Origin: Lingula anatina
Lineage: Eukaryota; Animalia; Brachiopoda
Length of the DNA: 64,000 bases
NCBI GenBank assembly: GCA_051362555.1
Contig: CM120641.1
Coordinates: 10,478,001-10,542,000, forward strand
Direction of reading: 5' to 3'
Every line of letters begins with the position of its first letter. Position 1 is the first letter of the stretch. Shown piece by piece: positions 39,647 through 51,513 of this stretch. Under the pieces are notes generated by a model. It had not been told where the DNA came from, searched no databases, and saw nothing but the letters and a program-made list of their open reading frames with translations. The translations under genes were made by a program, and so were the position numbers.

Positions 39647-41909
39647 CTAATACTCCAGATTTTGCACTTTGGCATTATCAGCAGGTATGAATATGAACTT
39701 AATTTCCTGGCCCTGCCCTGTCCCTTCACCAATTGTGATGGTCTGCTGTTTAGGTGATGCCCCTGAGTGAGTTTGCTGGACGGCCAAAGTCTCAGACTGC
39801 GAGGTGACCACTGACATCTGACCAGAGTGACCTGATAATAGACTGCCACCTGTGTGTATTGGCTGTGTATGATCAGCACTGCTCTCAAGCTGCAATAACT
39901 CTTGTTGAATGTTATCCTCACTGGTTGAGTAGTCCGTGGGGTGGGGGTGGTCATTCCCCTCCCCACCATGAAGACTTGATATGGCCATCTCTACACCATC
40001 CATGTTTGAGGAAGGCAACAGAAAAGTACTGTCCATAACATGAGATGTTGGAACTTTTGTCAACTGACCAGAAGGCTGGACAACATAAAACGGTTCATGG
40101 GATTTCATATGCTCTTCCAGTTTGTTCCGTCGATAGAATCCGCGATGACACAGGCTACATTTGTAAGTAAACTGATGATTATGCACTGCATCCATGTGCT
40201 GCTTAAGATTGGATTTCAGAGTAAACGTTTTATCGCACTCTGGGCACTGTACTCTCTCTACGCTGTTAGTCTCGTGAATCAGTCTTACATGTCTCCGCAT
40301 GTTGGGACCTTCAAAAAAGCCTTTACCACAATAAGCACAAGTGTGTGACTTCTTCCCAGTATGTGTCTTCTTATGTTTGTAGAGAGTTTTAGCTGTTGTG
40401 ACTACCTTGTGACATTCATCACATTCATAATGTTTGTTACGTATGTGTGCATCTTGAATGTGATCCTGCAGATAGCGTGCATGTTTGAACGACCTGGGGC
40501 ACAGGTGACACAGGTGCCTTTCTTTTAACTGGTGCACTCTGTACTTGTGCTCTTTTAATAACTGTTCACTGTTGTAGGCTTTGAAGCATTCGTCACAGTG
40601 ATAGGATCCAAGTTTTTCACTGTGACATCTTTCTGTATGAGTATGTAGATTCACCACCGAAGCACCACATAGCATACAGATCACCTTGGAATTCCCTTTC
40701 ACAGCATTTAGATATGCAGACTCTTTTGGATGTTTTATACTTATATGAACAGATAGATTTTTCTTGGATGTAAACCACCTCTTGCACAAGTTACACTGAT
40801 CATTTCTTATGATCGTTTTCCTTTTTGTTTCTGCTTTAAGACGAGATATATAGTTTTCAAAATTATTATCTTTCTGATGTGCTCTCTGGACATGTACAGC
40901 AAGTCTATTTCTTGCTAAAGTTTTCCCACAAATTTCACATTCTGCAATTTCCACATTTAATTTTTGCTTGTTATTCTCTAGATCAAAATTCCCCACCTCG
41001 ACTGGTCCTAATCCCTCTAAAACTTCAGTTGATACTAAACTGCTCTCACAGACCTGTGAACTATCATAATCTAAGAATTCCCCTTTTATTTCCTTAAGCA
41101 GTGTAGAAGGTTTCTTCTGTCTGGAACTCCTCCGTCTGGCAAATGTCTGAACATCATCCACAGATCGACTTTTCTCTTTGTCTACATCCTTACTTTCTAT
41201 AGGCACTGCTTCTGTTTCAATGACACCTAGAATATAACATATAATTTACTCATACTTCCAATACAAATTTGAGTGTAGCTATATGAAGGCTTTAACAGCC
41301 AAGGAAATAGTGAACTACAAAGCACGACAAATCCCATCAATTTACACAACAGTAAGCACAGATGGAAAGAGAACAACTTTGGACTTTTAACATTTTTACT
41401 GATAAAATGATAATGAACTTTAGTTCTTACTCACCATCATTATATGATGAAGGTTCGGCTGAATAACTTTCAAGATGACTGACAGTCTGTAAATGATGTA
41501 GTTTGCGCTTTTTGCTTTTAGTCTTCTTTGTTAGTCTTGTGACTTTGTCCGTTTTATGACTTAAATTGTTTGGAGCAGCATTTTCCTCTCGTTCTCCATC
41601 TTTAAATAGTTTCCTTTCCTCGTTTGTTCTGACAATTTCACTAATACGAAGTATTTTGCAACAGTACCTTTTCTCGAAATCACTGGCTATATTGCCAGAA
41701 AACATTAATTTTAAGCTTGGTGACTTCTCGGGAAAAGACTCGGTGATCTTTTGAATTTCTATTCGTCCATTCTCATGATTTTGCTCGTCAAGTGACGTGT
41801 AGGATATAATACTTTGCGTGCTTTGGCTGTCTAACTGAGAAATGCACTGAAAGAATGTCTCTGGCAACCACAGCTCTAAACCAGACACGCGATTTTCGGG
41901 GTTTTCCAT
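39647..41909 (-). CDS. C2H2 zinc-finger protein (~684 aa, about 9-10 fingers)
   Basis: Exon 1 41909-41435 (MENPENRVSGLELWLP...) with donor GTGAGT; exon 2 41226-39647. Total 2055 nt in frame. Repeated CxxC-x12-HxxxH(H) motifs with the linker HTGKKSHTC. Confidence 0.9.
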
Positions 41910-42038
41910 GGACAAAGAAAAGTTGGAAGTTAACTCACTGTCTCAATGTTTTCTGTCGTAGTGGTTAACGAAAGAAGTGCCCGGATGAACAAGATAAGCC
42001 GGTACCTAAACTTGCCCTGAGACGAAAGGGGGAAACTG

Positions 42039-42046
42039 TGACGTCA
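42039..42046. promoter_or_regulatory. Full CRE palindrome in the zinc-finger gene promoter / divergent intergenic region
   Basis: TGACGTCA 130 bp upstream of the ZNF ATG in CpG-richer DNA. Confidence 0.4.
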
Positions 42047-43540
42047 TGCCAGCTCACGTTCGAAACAAAGTCTACTTAATTTTTGTGTTAACGTTACTAA
42101 TTTAAATTTGTTATTTATTTATTTGTTTATTAATTTATGAAAAGATGTACTTATTTGTCAATGTCCACAACTGCACCTTACTTGTAGAGGTGCATATCAG
42201 TAAAGCAGCCAGAATCTGAATCATAAATAGGCCCCTGCACATAACGAAACCGAAAAAAAGGCCGGAAAAATTTATACCACCTGATCAACATAGGCCTATG
42301 ACTTCACTGGAAATACCACAAATGATAGGGATATAAGTGCGCTCTACCGCTCATATGAACATCCGATTGCATAACATTTCAAGATGCAAGAGTCACATAT
42401 GGTAGAAATTACACCAGAAGAAGGTGAAGTTATTTCCACAAGACGCCGAGATGAACGGCGGCATATCTTGCTATCGTCGACCGGGGCATCAGTAGTCGAG
42501 GCTGACAAGGTAAATTAAACACTAAGATTTCCCTTAATTTCAGCTGTGGCATTCGAAAGTGTTATTATTTCTCTTACGATTCTCTGACCGATTTCAGACA
42601 CTAATAGCGTGTTGTTTCATGCGATATGTAGACCTACTAGTTAACAGTAGGCCTAATAACCCAAGCTTATATATTCCCTCATATAGGCCTACCTTGGGTC
42701 TACCCTCTGATATATCAATGACCCACTAAAATACAGTACAGCACCAGACTGTGCGTCGGAGAGAGAACTATAACATCCTACAGTGCTTTGTGACCGGAGT
42801 GACCTACATTCTCTACACGAAGTCTGAGCAAACCCGCGGCCGTTAAATTATGAAAGCGGGCACCTTCCAGACCTTCAAACGGCACCTGGCAGGACTCGGT
42901 TAATGGTTGCGTCTTGCAACCACTTTCTCGTTGAGGCAACTAGCAACCAAACCTCACCAGGCAGCAGTAGTCCGACAACGCAACTGTTTGTCTGGCACGT
43001 AGCTGTCGAAAAATTGTACATTTGTCGTATGAACCATATTCAAAGAAACATGAGCAATGAGTAATCTAGACGAAACTGAAAGCAATTTTCGTTCGTTAGC
43101 GATCCAAGTTAGACCACAGGGCAGTTTCTTTATTATTCGTTCAAGGGACCGTCAGCGGGAGATCGTTACCGATCAGAGCGAGACGAGAAGGGAATTTTTC
43201 TATTTGTTCAAGGGACTTTATTAGCGGAAGATCGTCAGGGAAAAACCCGAAGGTTTGACTGCGTTCATTAGCAACTGAGCGAATGCTAATGTGGAGCCCC
43301 GCAAGAGCAAAATTTATTTAGGACCTACATATCAGGCTGAGATAGTAACCCCTAACTACTGAATGATAATTTGGCATAAAAATCTACGTGCTCTAACAAT
43401 GCCGACTGCAACCAAAATACAAACTGCACGAGATAAATCCGCAATTGAATTTTATTAATTTTTTTTAAAATTTTTATTTTTTAATCCCCCTTTTGGATGT
43501 TTTATTTTTTAAATATGTTTTTCATTTTATTTATTATTAA

Positions 43541-43580
<40 letters not shown>

Positions 43581-44121
43581 TTACCCCCCCACCTCAAAAA
43601 TATTAAACCATGGGTAAAAAAAAAAAAAAAAAAAAAGCCGATAGGTGCGTTGAATACGAAACTGAATAGCAATATTGCGTTGACAAAGTGATGCTCTTGT
43701 TTACCCGAATTTCGTTATTGCACAAAATTGAACAAAACGAAAGAAAAGTTGTTGTTTGGACATTTTTCCGAAGACGTCAAACCAAGGACGTAGATCTATA
43801 TACAGTTCAATATAAGTCCTTGGTCAAACACACTATTACGTTGGCCTCTCACCTAGGCTGCATTCACAACCAAAACAAAATATGGCCGATCCACTTGAAA
43901 GCTTTCCGCGTAAACCCCGGGGGAATCGATTCAGCGCCTATTATGGGATTATGATCTGTTAGTTCGCAGAGCAACTTTCTCTGAATGCACCTTGCACATT
44001 TTTTATGACTCTCTATTTTAAAAATTAAATTAAATTTTTAAATTATTTTCAAAGGAATCAATTCTGATAAAAATAAGCCATTAAATTGATTATGTTGATG
44101 AACTAAAACATTTTTTTTCAG

Positions 44122-46574
44122 ATCTTTTCTATTCCAACTTTAGGCATTGATATCAGCGAGGTGTACAGAAATGGAACTTATTATTGTATGGTACACGCTG
44201 TCAATGAAGACAAAGGTTTGGGATTACAGTGAGTACATCTTATTGGTGATGGCTGTCTGCATTAGTGGTGGATCCAGGATTTCAATTTCAAGAGGGTTAT
44301 GTATTCAAGCGCCCGGGTTAATACTAAATGGCGCTATTCACCTATCATTTAAAAGTCTACAGTTAAGCATATTTCAACTATATCCTATTTTTTATTTTCT
44401 ATATTTTCCTGATTTATTAACTGTTATATTTGTATTTCATTTAAATTTAGGAAAAATGACGAAATACTCGCCATACGGCTCGAAAAGGAGTTTGTATCTC
44501 TTTCTAAAGATATCGCGGAACTTTTCAACAAAGACGTCGTTGAGATGGATACTTTTGTGTTGGTAAGTTATTCAAGCTCGTTTAAGATTTCTTATGGACC
44601 CCAGACCATGGGCGTCCGCAGAAAACTTTCTAGGTGGGGTCAAAGTCATTGAAGGGGGAGAGATAATGATTGGCTGGGTATCCACAATAAAAATGCAGTT
44701 CCCATTGAGATCCCCCCCCCCCCCCCGGGACGCCTATGCCCCAGACCTCAATTGTTGAGACTCACAGCGCATATTCTAGGCCTGTTAGTTTCCGCAATTT
44801 TACAAGACAAAATAACAGTAAAGGTATAATGAATCGTACAGATTTTAGGTCGCTTAAAAGATGAATTGACCCGATTTCTCTTCTTTAGTTTTTGTACACA
44901 GTTAAAAAAACACAGAGAAATATAGCAGACAGGATTAAGCATTTAAAGATTATTTACAAGTGTTTTTTTTCAGTCTCATTCTTGCAGCCAAATCATAAGA
45001 AACAATCAAAACTATTTATTCTAAAATAAATAAATTAAACAAAAGACATTTGTTTTCCTGATTCCTTTGTTTGAAGAACGTGCTGCATTATTTTGCTTTT
45101 GTTGCGTTTCATAGATAACTCGCAGACTCAATAAAAAATCGGAAGATGAAGTAGAATTCCTTTACTACAAAATCGAAGTGAAAGTTGACATTTTGAGGGG
45201 CAGAGGTACGTTTTCACTTTCTCTTTCCAGAAAAGTCTTTATTCTCTAAACTAACCAATAAAAGCAATTAAATCAAAGAAATAATTTGTAATCGGAATAT
45301 TGTTTTATTGCAAAGTGTAAGAATATAAAACATTGGATTTTTAACTTGTTAGCTAACTAAATTCACTAAAGTAAATGATTTAATTCTGTTGCTTGTGTTT
45401 TGCAGGAGGAGAGGATATTATAAATTTCGTTGTGTCGAGATCGCTGCTTGCAGTGATTGACATCGTCATTCCCGGTCACGGAGAGATATCTGATGTCAAA
45501 TCCGGCACTGTTACAACTTGCAATATCAAAAGCCTGCAGTCCGGAGATTTCATAGCACCAAACGCCAGTGGTCAACCTGTTGACACCCCTCATCAGCGTA
45601 AGATTTCGGATCGACATTTTATGTTCGTTTTTTATTAATTAAAAAGCCCTTTGCTACGTAGGGAGAACGATGGTGATGGTTATCAATGTAATACTTGCTG
45701 CTTTTCAACTTTTCTATTTCTTTTATTTCTTTTTTCTGATAAGAGAAGCGTTTTTTTCCCGTTTACTTATTGGACGTGAACTTAGCTTGATTCCACACCA
45801 AAAACTAGCATATTCTTTTCAATCATGGTGTATAAAGCATTTTAGTTCGAAATTAAACAATATCCGTAGCAGTGGTAGTAACAACGATAACAATTCAGAA
45901 AAGTCTTCTCTTTTAGACAAACTGCAAGTTTTGTCTTATTCGGGAACCGACAACAGACGAGATCAAGATGGAAATGTTGTTTATGTGTTTATCATAAAAG
46001 ACTCCTCGAACGGCCACGTGCTGTGTGTTGACGGTGATGGAGTAAAGTTTGAGGTAATCTGAACAATCAATTTAATGACTTCTCTTGACTCTTGAATCTG
46101 ATAGATTTCTTTTGACGTCACTTTATTATACAGCGCACGTTAAAATACATTTTATTGTATTGTTTTAAATGCTGACAACTTCAAATTCAAATATCTTAGT
46201 CCGCACTCGTACTCAATAAACATTCAGTTGTTTATTATTAGAGAACAAGTTTATTCTAGGCAATATTCACGCAGAGTCAAACAGTTAGACGAAAATGGTC
46301 AAATTTCCAAAGTAATTAAGACTTTGAGACCAAGCAGAATATGTAACAGATTCGATGAAGGATAAGTGGGTGGGTTTAACAATATAAAACGCCCGTGAAA
46401 ATGCAAATATTATTTAAAGCATTATCATTAGTGACTCATATTTTCTCCAGGGAACAAATGTGCCAAACAGTGCGGAGATTCGGTCAAAGACAACTGTGCA
46501 TAATTCGTATTTCCTCGGTGGCCGTTACAATGAGAATATCTGGTACTTCGAATCCCTGATTAAACCAGGTATTA

Positions 46575-46605
<31 letters not shown>

Positions 46606-46964
46606 CGCGCGCACACACACGAAGGATCGAACTAATTTTTTACCCTGAAGACTTACGATTCGCTATAAATATTTTAACACAAAGATCATGCTCTATCCGA
46701 TGTACATTGCGTATGGGATTTTCAGGTTACTTTCTCAACAGCACAGACACCGAGGTCACACTCAAAAAGTTACACATCAATACGCGCCAACCGCTTGAGC
46801 AAGATGTGTTGTTCCAGTTGTTTCGTCGAAACGAAAGAGGGCACCACAAGCTTTTGACCATGACTGGCAACGAATTTGTTGAGGCTGAAGAAGACCACGA
46901 CCGTGTCAACAAGCCCATGTGGAAGGAATGTTTTGGTTTTTTATGTTGTTGTCGTCGTTATTAA
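44122..46964 (+). CDS. IL-1/IL-18-like beta-trefoil protein with N-terminal PDZ-like segment, copy A (5' end unresolved)
   Basis: Exons 44122-44228, 44451-44562, 45115-45205, 45406-45597, 45917-46053, 46451-46568, 46726-46964 (996 nt, in frame). PDZ-like: VHAVNEDKGLGLQKNDEILAI. Trefoil-like: KLQVLSY...VFIIKDSSNGHVLCVDGDGVKFE|...SYFLGGRYNENIWYFESLIKPGYFLNSTDTEVTLKK...DVLFQLF. Tail ECFGFLCCCRRY*. Confidence 0.75.
44607..44738. mobile_element. 132-bp hAT-like MITE specific to copy A
   Basis: TIR CATGGGCGTCC / GGACGCCTATG with 8-bp TSD CCCCAGAC (44599-44606, 44739-44746). The paralogous site at ~52001 is empty. Confidence 0.85.
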
Positions 46965-48860
46965 CGCTCAAGCTTGCGTTGTTTGCTGTGTTATGTGGAC
47001 CACAGTCACCCCTGCAGACCCTAACTTTCAGTGGACACTGAAAGTTCACCTACCGTACTAGATGCACGTGGGTCTGATTAATTATTAGCCAGTTCTTGAA
47101 CATTAGATGTTACATAGACAATGCATTGAAGCGATTTCAAGAATATCTTTATTTACAAATGAGTTTTGAAATCGCCTTTTTCAGTTGAATTTCGACGTGT
47201 GAAGTTGTTGCATGGTATAATTTCTTTTTTATGCAGTTAGGGTAGGCCTAAAGATTGTCAAAAAAAAAAAAAAAAAAAAAAAAAGAAAAAAAAGAAAAAA
47301 AAAGTTGAGATCTGGTAATAAAAGGTCTACATAATGGTTGTTTGAACGAATCTTAAAATTATTAAGTATATATTTCACGACAATGACTAAGTAAGCAAGT
47401 GCTCATTTCATGGATATCAATCAAAAATGTATTTCTGGCATTTATTAATTTATATTATATATATTAGAACATCGATTATATTACCATAGCATTTATTATT
47501 TTCGTATTGACTCAGACGCCTTTTAGGTGTCTCTTTAAGATGACTAATTTTTTTACATAATGGCAGCAAATGACAGTGGGACCGGTATTGATTTTTTCAG
47601 TTATGCGTTGTTTAGTTGACGTCAGAATGGAAAAAAACTGATTGATCTGCCAGAATTAAGTGGTTTATCAAAAGAAATGGTAGGAATACGAGACTGCAAT
47701 GGAAAGTAAATTTTTTTCTTTGGTATTAGCTGAATCTTAAAAACATTGCCAAACTCGAATCAAAAGTTACCGGTGCTAAGAAACCGAGCGTCTGTGTAAC
47801 CTGGGGCCCACCAAGGTGTAGGGCCTAACAGAGTGTCCGCCCTCCATTAGATTCATACAGGTTAGCATTAGCGTGACTAAATGAGTCAAAATCTTAGACG
47901 GTTATTTCCTGCGTACGGATGGATGTGAACCCTATATCACAGATTACTGTCTCACATGACACTGATCCATTCCGAGTTATGAGTCTACTGCCTTTATATT
48001 TGTATTAATCGTAGTATTAGGTTGTAAAATGTGTTCCATTTATCTTTTTTATACAATAGCAGCGATAAAATTTGTATTTTTACTGTTTGTGATAAAAGTG
48101 CATGATAAGAGATGAATGATGCATATGTTATACATGTGCACGTGTTTAGAACGTGTCCCAAAGCACTCATAGTACCTATCTTGGATGTCTCTGACCAGTG
48201 TTAAAACGTCCTAGAACAAATAGGCTTAACAAGTGCCAAATAATATGGGGTGTGGTAGCATGACCAAATATCATCTTCCAGGTCACTGAATGTTGGAAAA
48301 CAAAAGTCTTTCTAAAATCAAACTCCTTCAATACGAAATAACATGTATAAGTTGCTACGTTTGGTGTCATTGGGGATCGGTTGGCAGACGCCCGAGCCCA
48401 CCCGTTTCCTACACATTATACTGCTAAGTACCCCCTTTGCATCACTTCTGTCCTCTCAGTGGTGTTTTTGCAGCATCTTATGTTTTTTTAATTATATTCA
48501 ACGTGTGTGTGTATATGCTTTTGACAGACTTTGAAATATGTCCTTTTTCATTATTTTTGTATTTTCTAAAATTGATGCCAGTCTTTTTTTTAGTTTGTTT
48601 CCCCGGCTATGAATGTGGGGGGTCTAATGATTTTATGCCTGGCGTTATTGTAATAAAGTTCATTCTATTACAATAACGCCAAGCATTATTGTAATAAAGT
48701 TCATTTTGCTTTTTTTTTTCAGAAAATAGCAGCGGCCGAGCTGCCGTTTCATTTGCTGGTCAGAATGTTATACTATTTTATAGTCATTTTTTGTGCGATT
48801 AGTGTCAATAAAATAATAACCACCAGCTGCACGGAAGATTGTATGTTTTTTTCATCATTT

Positions 48861-48914
<54 letters not shown>

Positions 48915-49061
48915 GTTGACCTTATCCGTCCATAGTCGGCGAGGATTTTACCAAAAACTAGGTCCTCACTCAGCTGGCCCCTTAACTTCAGAGTATTAAC
49001 AGAGTAACTCAAGCAAACCCACTGACACTGGGACAGCACGCGAGGTACGGGATCTAACTCT

Positions 49062-49296
49062 GGAAAAGACTGATCCTTTGAATTTCTATTATTCCATTCT
49101 CATGATTTTGCTCGTCAAGTGATGTCAGTAAGATATAATACACGTCACTTAAGCAAAATTATGAGAATGGACTAATATATAATACTTTGCGTGCTTTAGG
49201 TGTCTAACTGAGGTATACACTGAGAGAATGTCTCTGGCAACCACAACTCTAAGCCAGACACGCAATTTTCAATGTTTTCCATAGACAAATAAAAGT
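49062..49296 (-). pseudogene. Truncated, degenerate copy of zinc-finger gene exon 1
   Basis: Aligns by eye to 41731-41925 (GGAAAAGACT...CCATTCTCATGATTTTGCTCGTCAAGTGA...GAATGTCTCTGGCAACCACA) with indels and a local inverted duplication. Confidence 0.8.
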
Positions 49297-50599
49297 CTTT
49301 GATTGCACCTTATTTGAAACTGAATCATACATGCACATAACGAAACCGGAAAAAATAGCCGGAAAAATACCACGTGATCAACATATCACATATGACTTCA
49401 CTGGAAATTCCACAATCGGTCAGTACAACGGATGTAAGTAGGTCCTATCGCTCATATGAACATCAGATCATTGCATAACATTTAAAGATGCAAAATACAC
49501 ATACGATAGAAATGACACCAGAAGAAGGTGGAGTTATTTCCACAAGACGCCGTGATGAACAGTGTCATGTCTTGCTTTCGTCGACCAGGGAATCGGTAGT
49601 CGAGGATGGCAAGGTAAATTAAACGATGAGAGTTTTCCTACATTCCAGTTGTGGCATTTGAAAGTTATTGGCTTAATTCTTATTTCTCTTACGATTCTCT
49701 GTCCGATTTCAGACTCTGATATCAATAAGATAGCGCGATGTTTCATTACACGCGACATGCAGACCTATAGGCCTACATGGCCCTAATAGTACTAGTGCTA
49801 ACTCAAGCTTATATATTCCCACATAGACTTTGGGCCCACCCTCTGATATCATGGACCCACTAAAATAGTGTACAAAATCACACTGTACGTCGTGGAGAAC
49901 ACTAAAATATCAAATACATAATGCACGCCGAAAAAAAAGTGCTCAGTGACCGGAGTGACCTACATTCGGCACAAAAAAGTGTAGGCCCTAAACGAAGTCT
50001 ATGCAATGTTACCGTTAAATTATGAAAACGGACACCTTCCAGACCTTCAAACGGCACCCGACGGGGCTCGGCATTATATTAATGTTGTGTTTTCAACAGA
50101 CAACCAAACCTCACCAGAAGTTGTCCGACAACACAACTGATTTCCTGGCACGTAGTTGTGCCGAGGCACACTGTCTGAAATTTGTGCATTTTATCATTTA
50201 AACCATCTGCAAACAAACGTGATCGATGAATAATATAAACGAAACTGAAAGAGCGATTATCTTATTTGGTAGCGATCCAAGCGAGACGACAAGGTAATTT
50301 TCATATTTGTTCAAGGGACTTTATTAGCGGAAGATCATCAGCGGGAGACCCGAAGGTTTGGTTGCGTTCATTAGCAACTGAGTGAAAGATGCTTATGATT
50401 TGCACGAGCAAAAATTATTTACATATTAAGCAGGCTGAGATAGTACCACCTAACTACTGAGTGATAGGGCCTAATTTGGCATAAAAATTCACGTGCTCTA
50501 ACAATTCCGACTGCAACCAAAATACAAACTACACAATCTGCAATTGAATTTTATTTGAGAAAATATTAATCATCATTTTTACTTTTAATCCCCCTTTTG

Positions 50600-51214
50600 C
50601 ACCCTGAGCTTCAGAGCTAACTTGACACTAACCTTTTCACTGTAGCCTATCTCCATCGTGTCAAGTAACCTCTGACCAGATTCGATTGCCTCCGCCGCCC
50701 GCCAATCAAATTTAAAAGCCCGCACTCAATGACTCATTAAACGATCTAGCCAATGAACGCGAACGAGTCAAAGCGCGCTTTGTTCAAATCCGGACCAATC
50801 AAAGATAAGGCTGAATATCAGGGTCTTGCCGTAACCTGTGGGCAGCACGCAAATAACATCGTCTCTCAGTAGATAATGATGCAGGGCATCATACTGCTCT
50901 GGTTTCAATTCCGATATACTCCATGCTTTCTTTGTGTACGGTTATGCACTCGGAACCACTCGGAACTACTCGGATGTCTCCGCACTCGACAATAACTATG
51001 TTGTTAGTATGGAGCTTGCGGAATCAGCCGAGGATTGCCGATTGACGATCAACCAATCAGCGTTTTCACCAAACTTTGGTGAAAAATTTTGAAACATGGA
51101 TTCGATTGGCTTATATAAAATAGGTCAAACTATTTTCGTCAGAGGTTACTTGACACGATGGAGATAGGCTACAGTGAAAAGGTTAGTGTCAAGTTAGCTC
51201 TGAAGCTCAGGGTG
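50600..51214. mobile_element. 615-bp non-autonomous DNA transposon with 77-bp perfect TIRs (hAT- or P-like)
   Basis: CACCCTGAGCTTCAGAGCTAACTTGACAC...CCTCTGAC and its exact reverse complement at 51138-51214. 8-bp TSD CCCTTTTG; the empty site is in copy A at ~43488. Confidence 0.9.
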
Positions 51215-51513
51215 CCCTTTTGGGATTTTTAAAATTATTTTATCTATTTTTTTTTATCTATTTCGTTATTGAACAAAATGAAAAAAATTACTGCTCGAAT
51301 AATTTTCCGATCACGTCACACACACCATTACGTTGGTCTGGGATTATGATCTGTTAGTCCGCGGATTATGCTCTGAATGCGCCCTAACACATTTGTTACT
51401 TGTCTTAATTTTTAAAAATCAAATTTAATTTTTGAATTATTTCCAACGCAACCATTTCTGATAAAAATGTGCTATTGAATAGATTGTGTTGATGAAATGA
51501 GACTTTTTTTCAG

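Noticed and set aside
44147-44566. 139-aa hydrophobic ORF
   Set aside because: Wrong frame. Comparison with copy B shows conservation in other frames (IFSIPTLGID..., KNDEILAI...) bounded by splice sites.
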